Shown piece after piece: positions 26,901-33,151 of a stretch of DNA of 46,020 nt. The stretch comes from an uncultured Bacilli bacterium. Its GTDB lineage: Bacteria; Bacillota_I; Bacilli_A; ML615J-28; CAG-313. Below the pieces are notes generated by a model. The model searched no databases. It saw only the letters and a program-made list of their open reading frames with translations, and was not told where the DNA came from. Position numbers and translations under genes: made by a program. Position 1 is the stretch's first letter; the number at the start of each line of letters is the position of its first letter. The DNA lies in assembly GCA_947627685.1 (NCBI GenBank), contig CANQWZ010000002.1, positions 1 through 46,020 on the forward strand. Direction: 5' to 3'.

Positions 26901-28399
26901 TTTCCTCTAACAGCATCTTTACCAAGGCTTGTATAGTTAATTTGTTTACCAACACCAGGGATTGTTACATAATCAAAAGTTTTTGAAACACCTTCAGTAA
27001 TACCAAGTTCTTTAAAGAAATCATTTTCATCACCCTTGATGTCATTAGATTCATCAAAGAAAATAACTTGTGAATCATTAGCCAAAAGATATTTACTTTT
27101 TACACCACTAATAGAAGCAACCGATAAAGCAGCTTCATACGTCGAAGGTGATCCTACAGTACCTGAATCAGGATTAGTTACAAGGTTTGTATTACCTTGT
27201 TCACCACCATAAGCTGAACTATAACTATTGCTAGCGGCGGTAATTAAACTAATACCACTTTGATTAATTTTGTCATATATAACATTAATTTGACTGCCAT
27301 CTTCTTCTCTAGCAAAGCCACAAGAAGATCCAAGTGACATGTTAATTGCGTCAACATTTAATAAAACAGCATCTTCTAAGGCAGCAAGAATATCCTCGGT
27401 TTTACCACCTTCATCAAGATCAGGGAAAACTTTTAAAAGGACAAGTTGTGTATTTACCGCAATACCAGTAATAACATCATCTTTACCACCAATGATTCCG
27501 GCAACGTGTGTACCATGTTCAGAATCATATGGGAAAACATCGGGGTCTTTATCTGCATAGTCATATACATAAGGTATCTTACGACTATAATAAACATCGG
27601 TAAGTTTTAATTCTGTTTGTAAGTTTTGCATATTAAGTCTAGCAGCAGTAGTATCATTTAATACTCTACTGATATCTTGCATGCTAATCATTGGATTTTG
27701 AGGTTGATTTTGGAATACTGTGTGACTGCAATCAAAACCAGAGTCTAAAATGGCAACAGCCGTACCTTCACCAGTATATTCAACACTACTAGAATCAAAA
27801 ATACCTGTATCATAAACTTCTACATTGTTAGTAACAATTGAAGAGTCAACTTCTTTTGTTTTTGGTAGGTTATATGTATCACTTATGATAACGTCTTTGA
27901 TTCCATCCACCAAACTCATTTTTTGGAAATTACCATAAGTTGTTTTTACCGCAATCGCATTAACAATGGTATTATATTGATAAACAACATCAGTAATTAA
28001 ATGTTTAGAAAAAAGCGTATTAATTAATTTAGTTTGTTTATCATTAATTGCTTTAGCTTGCTTAGTTCCCTTTTCACCAAGAGCGTAATCAGCAACTTTA
28101 TCAACATATTTATATGCTTCATTATTATAAGTATCTATTAAAGCATCATCTGGTAAAGTGATTAAAGTTACTATTTCATCAGAAGCTAAATAACCACCAT
28201 TTTCAATTAAACGTTTTGCTTTGATACGTGATAAAACTTGTTCTTGAGTAAGTTTTAAATCGGTTCTTAAAATATCTAGGTGTTGTACATTATCATTATT
28301 ATCAACAACTGGCTCTTTTGCCAGATTATCTTTATGACATGCACAGCATCCCATTAAAATAAAAACAAGCGTTAAAGCAAGTAGTATTTTATTTTTCAT
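20924..28399 (-). CDS. 2,491-aa cell-envelope subtilase (S8 with PA-domain insert and C5a-peptidase/lactocepin-like downstream domains) fused to two Big_2-like domains, ~850 aa of BspA-type LRRs, a helical stalk and a C-terminal TM anchor
   Basis: SD AAAGGAG. Lipobox signal MKNKILLALTLVFILMGC. Catalytic motifs: AVAILDSGFD (D219, nt 27743-27745), EHGTHVAGIIGG (H295, nt 27515-27517), AASNS (N391) and SGTSMATPNLCG (S620, nt 26540-26542). A PA-like insert lies between N391 and S620 (..RGKIALVKRGDNTFEEKAQIAKANGAVACIIYNN). The LRR_5-style repeat IP..V..IG..AF..C..L..V spans about aa 1365-2230 (nt 21710-24307). TM helix VLIISSIVAATSLIAMMIFV, then KKKDLW at the C-terminus. Confidence 0.85.
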   Translation of the reverse strand: MKNKILLALTLVFILMGCCACHKDNLAKEPVVDNNDNVQHLDILRTDLKLTQEQVLSRIKAKRLIENGGYLASDEIVTLITLPDDALIDTYNNEAYKYVDKVADYALGEKGTKQAKAINDKQTKLINTLFSKHLITDVVYQYNTIVNAIAVKTTYGNFQKMSLVDGIKDVIISDTYNLPKTKEVDSSIVTNNVEVYDTGIFDSSSVEYTGEGTAVAILDSGFDCSHTVFQNQPQNPMISMQDISRVLNDTTAARLNMQNLQTELKLTDVYYSRKIPYVYDYADKDPDVFPYDSEHGTHVAGIIGGKDDVITGIAVNTQLVLLKVFPDLDEGGKTEDILAALEDAVLLNVDAINMSLGSSCGFAREEDGSQINVIYDKINQSGISLITAASNSYSSAYGGEQGNTNLVTNPDSGTVGSPSTYEAALSVASISGVKSKYLLANDSQVIFFDESNDIKGDENDFFKELGITEGVSKTFDYVTIPGVGKQINYTSLGKDAVRGKIALVKRGDNTFEEKAQIAKANGAVACIIYNNIEGNILMSMGKSDHIPTISISKEDGTKLAEKASGTMTINYSNQAGPFMSDFSSWGPTPSLGLKPEITAHGGNIKSAIPGGGYDELSGTSMATPNLCGIVVLIRQYLKELYPTYTWKQISVMANQLLMSTASIVLNEQGNPYSPRKQGAGLASLYNAVNTKGYITVDGIDRSKLELLDDPTRKGVYTMEFNVVNLAEYALSYDLDVIAMTESVSTSDEKYVSEKSQILNGTPTYEVIEGGTINGNTLVVNAGQTAKIKVVYTLSQSDKDLINNLFPYGMYVEGFVKLQAGGSKNDEGFTPIDLNIPFLAFYGDWTEAPLFDKTFYEVESEAHNNAIDDEDKLKADYYATTPYGSYYYNYIIPLGSYLYDIDTSIYDEIPASTDRIAISNFLGSIDGISAVYAGLLRNAKTVDFKITDKITGEVIWSHTDVNAIKAYGYNGTPMPYYEFLRLRSYELGLVNNRQYSFVMKAKLDYGDGGEAKNIRNTFQFDFVLDDEAPVLKDVTYEKIYDSNLKKDRYYVTMMIYDNQYVQSVTPIIFTSSSSYTFLTDNPIPVYSEKGKDNRVRFEITDYIDNLFYDEVCPTALGFAIDDYALNSNIYLCALPGTNGDLRFTEDGTVDGKDKLLLSVNEGDVVDLTSYLTSTDPNLDQDKAYLKHLVWEITNPNVADLNEGILVAKKAGRTTVMVYEAIYGKKATLIVSVKAKTDEVKATNLPPVTEAKVESLRFSYFNTLFAYSRAAQTSEIGETGDRNFLSSMNTVSFYPGEKIQLFYDINPWYVDDNYEKTYESSNPSVAIVDQDGVVTGLKKGSTTISLKLNGSNIMATVRISIKSEFVIENRMLIAYKGLGGNVVIPDDEGILYIGSYAFCLYDTDRDIELTEDDYDANKIPNANTTVKTVVIPDGVLEIQKYAFYNCSGLETVTIPNTVKTIREYAFYNDKALKTIDLTHVQVIGKECFFGCEKLKDVDFSNIYAIGDGGFKGCTSITSCDLSQLRNTSAHAFENCTSLKDVTLSENTKLAYAMFANTGIVEIDIYENKQIPDFCFAKCAALQTVNIHNDLLSIGEGAFCQCEKLANFNIAKTVQIIGTQAFYDCPSLVSFTLPNSEVTLGNYLFKDCENLTTIVFQENTKLADIRGSIFEGTKLSVFSVDPNNQYYKTSTDVLLDATGTIIVFASPVHDFADYEVEASIKEIGNGAFAGVNIRSITFSAPIIIGSYAFANCKALEEVTFANAAGNKIDINAFAYTSALNTVNNLDTVLEVNDYAFRNSGIKNVTLANDATYGEGVFFQSLLEEVTIGKNSTFGLGAFQECAHLTTVNMPEDGNVLFGTACFANDTILDTIDLSKVGEEIKDETFYNCVSLKAANLVNVKRVGNFAFADCSALNYLNIPVVEWVGEGAFGRYSESGTAPIFSQVSLPNTLTYLGEGAFLGCAGLTEITIPDSLDQISSFMFAFCINLNTVNLPTTVKSIGQYSFSGCELLQTINLEKVEKIDDYAFTSCHVLANIDLASVKTIGFGSFADCTRLVSIGDANELVEVGEYAFQQAALTTVNAPKLEIINDYAFQTMPNLTAFTFSENLKHIGIGVFDGDTSLEKYYVKKDNELSDNAQINSYAKIVNGVLYTILSNGKLILNSIPANYKDETADEQKGTTLVVEEGTIRIETYAGNENKNISQIVLPDSLKIIGNYAFYGYDRLTSVEFKSFTAPILEDSYNDEVQISESDPGYDLLSKYFDLFGLELAYFNFVGLVGTFNPIQMILPSNPDIVGYDSIVYLAYFGSAQEAQKSGYEAMHSSMINFMEYAEEIKALNNITLANEELINNAIAQLNMVKQDPTKYGISMDKWNELVEVANNAKQVLRKLKLASSTKALQDLDKRLNSLPTEFNVKDIEELRSIASELANLSRADRSLLDLTNYNQLMASYEAYRADLDSEVSPIVDSVNKVLIISSIVAATSLIAMMIFVKKKDLW

Positions 28400-28420
28400 T
28401 TTTTATATTATTGCTCCTTT

Positions 28421-28657
28421 CTATTTAAGCCAAAAGTAGATAACAACCATAGCAATTATAAAACATATGATTACACCAATAAAGATGGGTAAATAATATG
28501 AAAAGGCTGCTTTAATGATTGCTTTTTTTTCTTTTTTAGTTAAATTTAAGTCATCATTTTTAGGCTTAAACCTGCGATGTGGCATACCATCAACATCCAT
28601 ATTGTAAATGGTATGGCCATCATCTATGTACTCAACTTTTTTAGTCTTTTTTTTCAT
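28421..28657 (-). CDS. 78-aa tail-anchored small membrane protein, unknown function
   Basis: The ORF track uses a TTG start at 28681. ATG 28657 (MKKKTKKVEYIDDGHTIYNMDVDGMPHRRFKPKNDDLNLTKKEKKAIIKAAFSYYLPIFIGVIICFIIAMVVIYFWLK) is more likely. It overlaps the oppF stop by 17 nt. One C-terminal TM helix follows a Lys-rich N-terminus. Confidence 0.5.
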   Translation of the reverse strand: MKKKTKKVEYIDDGHTIYNMDVDGMPHRRFKPKNDDLNLTKKEKKAIIKAAFSYYLPIFIGVIICFIIAMVVIYFWLK

Positions 28658-29744
28658 GTTTTTTTCTCTTATTTTTTTCAAGTTCTTGCTTCTCTAAAGC
28701 CTCTTTTTCCATTTGTTCATACATCTTATCATATTCTTCTAGATTATTCATAATTTCTGGATTATATAAATGACAAGATACAAAATGCTTTGGATATGCT
28801 TCATAATAAACAGGTTCTTTAAATTTGCAAACATTCATACATTCTGAACATCTAGTATGAAATTTACAACCCTTAGGGGGATTAGCAGGTGATGGTATAT
28901 CACCTTTTAAAATTATTCTTTGCATTTTCACATCAGGATTAGGGACAGGAACAGCCGAGAATAAAGCTTTTGTATATGGATGCATTGGATTTTTAAAGAT
29001 TTCTTCTGTTTCACCAAGTTCCATCACATTGCCTAAATACATAACTAAAATATCATTAGTTATATATTTAACAACTGATAAGTCATGAGAGATAAAAACA
29101 TAAGTTAATCCCATTTTGGCTTGTAAATCTTTTAATAGATTTATGATTTGTGCTTGAATGGATACATCAAGAGCACTTACTGGTTCATCACATATAACTA
29201 GTTTAGGTTTAACTGCTAAGGCTCTTGCAATGCAAATTCTTTGACGCTGTCCACCAGAAAATTCATGAGGATAACGATCATAATATTGAGGTTGTAAACC
29301 ACACTTATTCATGATATCTTTGATATAATTACTTACTTCATCTTTTGGTACTATTTTATGGACTTTAACGGCCTCGGATATTATATTACCAACCGTCATT
29401 CTTGGTGGTAAGCTTGAATATGGATCTTGGAAAATTAATTGGATATCTTTACGATATTTTTTCATTTGTCCTTTTGATATTTTGGTAATATCTTCACCAT
29501 TGAAAAAGATTTGACCACCATCTGATTCATAAAGTTTTAAAATAGTTCTACCTAAAGTGGTTTTTCCACAACCCGATTCACCTACAACCCCAATGGCTTT
29601 ACCTTTTTCAAGTTTAAAACTTACATCATCTACAGCACGTAAATAACGAAGGGGTTTACCAAAAATATTTTTTTCAATTGGAAAATACTTCTTTAAATTT
29701 TTTACTTCTAAAATGTATTTAGGGCTTTCATCAGTTGTTTGCAT
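28641..29744 (-). CDS. oppF: Oligopeptide ABC transporter ATP-binding protein OppF
   Basis: I place the start at ATG 29744 (MQTTDESPKY), with AGGAGG 8 nt upstream. Walker A GESGCGKTT, signature FSGGQRQR, Walker B LVICDEPVSALD. Cys-containing Opp C-terminal domain (GCKFHTRCSECMNVC...VSCHLY) plus a Lys/Glu-rich tail. Confidence 0.9.
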   Translation of the reverse strand: MQTTDESPKYILEVKNLKKYFPIEKNIFGKPLRYLRAVDDVSFKLEKGKAIGVVGESGCGKTTLGRTILKLYESDGGQIFFNGEDITKISKGQMKKYRKDIQLIFQDPYSSLPPRMTVGNIISEAVKVHKIVPKDEVSNYIKDIMNKCGLQPQYYDRYPHEFSGGQRQRICIARALAVKPKLVICDEPVSALDVSIQAQIINLLKDLQAKMGLTYVFISHDLSVVKYITNDILVMYLGNVMELGETEEIFKNPMHPYTKALFSAVPVPNPDVKMQRIILKGDIPSPANPPKGCKFHTRCSECMNVCKFKEPVYYEAYPKHFVSCHLYNPEIMNNLEEYDKMYEQMEKEALEKQELEKNKRKKHEKKD

Positions 29745-30894
29745 CAGTGTCACCTCCTTGTTTAGCATATAAGTAACAAGACACGTAATGCGTATTTGTT
29801 ATTTTTACTTCTTCGGGATATTCACCATTGCACTTTTCAAAGCAACGATTACATCTATTTTTAAAATAGCAGTTATGTGGTAAGTTAATTGGATTAGGAA
29901 CTTGACCAGGAATAGAATATAATGGTTCATCTATGCTAGAAGTAATTAAAGGTTTACTTTTTTGTAGGCCTATTGTATATGGATGCATTGGGTTATGGAA
30001 AATTTCACTTGCTGTGCCTTTTTCAATAACTTTTCCGGCATACATAACAACTACTTCATCAGCCATTTCCGCAATAACACCTAAATCATGTGTAATTAAC
30101 ATAATTGAGCAACCTTGTTTTTTCTGTAAATCTTTTAATAAATCTAGAATTTGCGCTTGAATTGTAACATCAAGAGCTGTAGTTGGTTCATCGGCAATGA
30201 TTAATTTAGGATTTCCCGCAAGAGCCATGGCAATCATAACTCTTTGTCTCATACCACCTGATAGTTCATGAGGATAACTTTTATATACATGTTCAGGCAT
30301 CGAAATACCTACTTTATTTAACATTTCAATACTATGCGCTTTAGCTTCTTCTTTAGTCATATTAGGACTATGAATAAAAGAAACTTCATCAAGTTGAAAA
30401 CCAACAGTAAATACAGGATTTAAGCTAGTCATTGGTTCTTGGAAAATCATGGTAATATCTTTACCTCGGATATTATACATTTCGCTTGTTGGCATTTTAG
30501 CAATATTGTATGCAAGATTGCCTTCTAAATCATCAGAATTAAATCTAATTTCACCATCAATGATTTGTCCTTGAGGAGCTTGTACTAGTTGCATGATTGA
30601 TAAAGAGGTTACACTTTTACCACAACCTGATTCTCCTACAACACCAATAATTTTATTTTTAGGAATATTAAAAGAAACACCATTTACACTCATTACTGTA
30701 CCATTGTCAGTAAAAAAGCAGGTTTTTAAATTTTCTATTTCAATGATATTATTGCTATCCTTCATTACTGAAGTATATTCTTCTAATTTTAATTTTCTTT
30801 TCTTTAAAGCCTCATAATATTTCATTTGTTTAATGTTATATTTGATAATCTTGCGGCTTTCTTTAATAGAGATATAATTATTTTCTTTTTTCAT
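29731..30894 (-). CDS. oppD: Oligopeptide ABC transporter ATP-binding protein OppD (with ~50-aa N-terminal extension)
   Basis: SD AGGAGG. Walker A GESGCGKSV, signature LSGGMRQR, Walker B LIIADEPTTALD. C-terminal Cys motif NCYFKNRCNRCFEKC...VSCYLY. Confidence 0.9.
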   Translation of the reverse strand: MKKENNYISIKESRKIIKYNIKQMKYYEALKKRKLKLEEYTSVMKDSNNIIEIENLKTCFFTDNGTVMSVNGVSFNIPKNKIIGVVGESGCGKSVTSLSIMQLVQAPQGQIIDGEIRFNSDDLEGNLAYNIAKMPTSEMYNIRGKDITMIFQEPMTSLNPVFTVGFQLDEVSFIHSPNMTKEEAKAHSIEMLNKVGISMPEHVYKSYPHELSGGMRQRVMIAMALAGNPKLIIADEPTTALDVTIQAQILDLLKDLQKKQGCSIMLITHDLGVIAEMADEVVVMYAGKVIEKGTASEIFHNPMHPYTIGLQKSKPLITSSIDEPLYSIPGQVPNPINLPHNCYFKNRCNRCFEKCNGEYPEEVKITNTHYVSCYLYAKQGGDTDANN

Positions 30895-30908
30895 ATAACT
30901 ACAACCTC

Positions 30909-32009
30909 CTATTTCTTTGACCTTGGATCCATTGCGTCTCTTAAGCTATCACCAATGAAGTTAAAGCCAAGTACCGCAATAACAATCATAATACCAGCAG
31001 GTAACCACATATTTAAGTGATAATTTAATACTTGTGGATCATTTGAGGTTGCAATCATTGTACCCCAAGCAGCTTTAGGAAGTTGAACACCAAGACCTAA
31101 ATAACTAAGAGTTGATTCATATAAGATAACACTACCAAGACCAAGGGTCATTGATACAATCAATTGTGGCATAACATTAGGAATTAAATGTTTGAAAATT
31201 TTACGCCATGTAGGTAGGCCCATTACTTCAGTAGCAGTAATATATTCTTGTTCACGTAAAGATAAGATTTGGCCTCTTACAAGTCTTGCAACACCACTCC
31301 AACTAAAGATCGTAATGATGACCATCAAAACATATATTTGTTGATCCGATTCTAAATGCCATGAATCAATTACGGCTGAGGCAATAAGTAAGATTGGTAT
31401 CGTTGGTATACAGTTAAAAATATCAACTATTCGCATGATAATTTGATCAACCCAGCCACCAAAATAGCCTGAAATACCACCGAGGATAATACCTATAATG
31501 GTTTCTAAAATGACAACAATAAAACCGATTGTAAGTGATATTCTACCACCATACATTAATCTTACGAAAACATCCATACCTTTATCATCTGTACCAAGTA
31601 AATGATTTTTAGATGGGCTTGCGTAACTATTAAGTTCTCTAGTATGTTCAACCGTTTCAATAACGGTAATATCTTCACCTGTTGTTTTATCTTTAACAAC
31701 ATAACTAGTTACAATTTGTTCGGTTGTAGGTGTTCTATCAACGGTTTCTTCACCCCATTTAGAATAAATAAGGGGACCTAAAAAAGAGAATAAAAACAGT
31801 GCTATAATCATTACAATTCCGACAATGGAAAGTTTAGAACGGAAAAACCTTCTTAAAACAAGTCTTATTGGACTCATTTCTTTATAGGTTTGTTCATCTT
31901 GAAATCCAGTATTTAAATTCTCTTTAGGTTTAACATTTCTGATGCTAACGCGAATGGTATCTTTACTTTTTTTATTACGAATTATATACTTTTTTTCTTC
32001 ACTATTCAT
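30909..32009 (-). CDS. oppC: Oligopeptide ABC transporter permease OppC
   Basis: The ORF track start is 32024. ATG 32009 (MNSEEKK...) has GAGG 9 nt upstream. BPD-transporter permease topology with the long first extracytoplasmic loop typical of OppC, and the motif ATEVMGLPTWRKIFKHLIPN. Confidence 0.85.
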   Translation of the reverse strand: MNSEEKKYIIRNKKSKDTIRVSIRNVKPKENLNTGFQDEQTYKEMSPIRLVLRRFFRSKLSIVGIVMIIALFLFSFLGPLIYSKWGEETVDRTPTTEQIVTSYVVKDKTTGEDITVIETVEHTRELNSYASPSKNHLLGTDDKGMDVFVRLMYGGRISLTIGFIVVILETIIGIILGGISGYFGGWVDQIIMRIVDIFNCIPTIPILLIASAVIDSWHLESDQQIYVLMVIITIFSWSGVARLVRGQILSLREQEYITATEVMGLPTWRKIFKHLIPNVMPQLIVSMTLGLGSVILYESTLSYLGLGVQLPKAAWGTMIATSNDPQVLNYHLNMWLPAGIMIVIAVLGFNFIGDSLRDAMDPRSKK

Positions 32010-32073
32010 AATCGTTAGCCTCATCTTGTTCTAATATTAAACTAAGGTTAAGTATTTTTCGCATAAAATTGAC

Positions 32074-33081
32074 CTACTTTCCTAGTTTTACTCTTGGATC
32101 AACAACTGAATACATGATATCAGATAATAAAGTACCAATAACCGTTAAAACAGCAAGGAACATGTTATATCCCATTACAAACGGAATGTCACCTTCTTTT
32201 AAAGCTTGATAAGCAAGACGACCGATACCATCAATACCAAATACTTGTTCAGTTATCATCATACCACCAAATAAAGATGGTAAGATTCCCGCAAAAAGGG
32301 TTACAAGCGGTATCATTGTATTGCGAAAAGCATGTTTATAAATTACTTTTTTCTCTGATAAACCTTTAGCACGAGCGGTTCTAATGTAATCAGCATTAAG
32401 TACTTCTAAAGTGTTGGTTCTTGTATAACGCATCAAACCACCAATTGAAAGAATAACACTAACAAAAATTGGCAAAACTAAGTGATGCAACATATCACCA
32501 AATTTAGTAAGTCCTCCTAAGAATGTTTCTTCATAAGTTTTACTAGCATATATTAATCCATTCGATGGGAACCATCCCAGATTGACCGAAAAGATTTTTA
32601 TTACAATCGCAGCAAAGAAATAAGTTGGAAGTGATATACCAATCATTGTAAATACTGTTACTGTATAATCTCTTATCGAATATTGATGGGTCGCACTAGA
32701 GATTCCAAGGGGTATGGAAATTAAGAATTGTAAAATGGTTGCTACCACAGCTATTGCGAAAGAAATCCACATGTGTTCGCTAATAACTTCAGCAACATTT
32801 TTTTCATATTTGAAAGATTTACCTAAATTGCCAGTACAAAGATTGCCAAGCCATTTAAAATATCCTTCAATTAAACCTTTAAAGGTTTTGTCACCAATAC
32901 CATATAAATCCTTAAATTGATTAACTTGCTCTTGCGTAATTGTACCATTTTGTAATTGTTGAGCAAATTTGATATCAATATAGTCATTTGGTATTAGTCT
33001 TACTAGTGTATAAATTATAATCGAAACACCTAGAAGAACAAATATTGATATAAATAATCTTTTTAATATATATTTAAACAT
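32074..33081 (-). CDS. oppB: Oligopeptide ABC transporter permease OppB
   Basis: SD GAGGAG. MFKYILKRLFISIFVLLGVSIIIYTLVRLIP is the classic OppB/DppB N-terminus. Also YIRTARAKGLSEKKVIYKHAFRN. Confidence 0.9.
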   Translation of the reverse strand: MFKYILKRLFISIFVLLGVSIIIYTLVRLIPNDYIDIKFAQQLQNGTITQEQVNQFKDLYGIGDKTFKGLIEGYFKWLGNLCTGNLGKSFKYEKNVAEVISEHMWISFAIAVVATILQFLISIPLGISSATHQYSIRDYTVTVFTMIGISLPTYFFAAIVIKIFSVNLGWFPSNGLIYASKTYEETFLGGLTKFGDMLHHLVLPIFVSVILSIGGLMRYTRTNTLEVLNADYIRTARAKGLSEKKVIYKHAFRNTMIPLVTLFAGILPSLFGGMMITEQVFGIDGIGRLAYQALKEGDIPFVMGYNMFLAVLTVIGTLLSDIMYSVVDPRVKLGK

Positions 33082-33105
33082 TTCATTCTCCTCAAAATAT
33101 TAAAT

Positions 33106-33140
33106 TAAAGCGATGTAATTTTTTTCATCACATCGCTTTA
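33106..33140 (-). promoter_or_regulatory. Intercistronic stem-loop between oppA and oppB (partial terminator or mRNA stabiliser)
   Basis: 11-bp perfect stem, taaagcgatgt (33106-33116) with acatcgcttta (33130-33140), and a 13-nt loop. On the minus strand AATTTAATATTTT follows. Such hairpins after the binding-protein gene are a known feature of opp/dpp operons, giving excess SBP mRNA. Confidence 0.55.
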
Positions 33141-33151
33141 TCTCACTTTCG

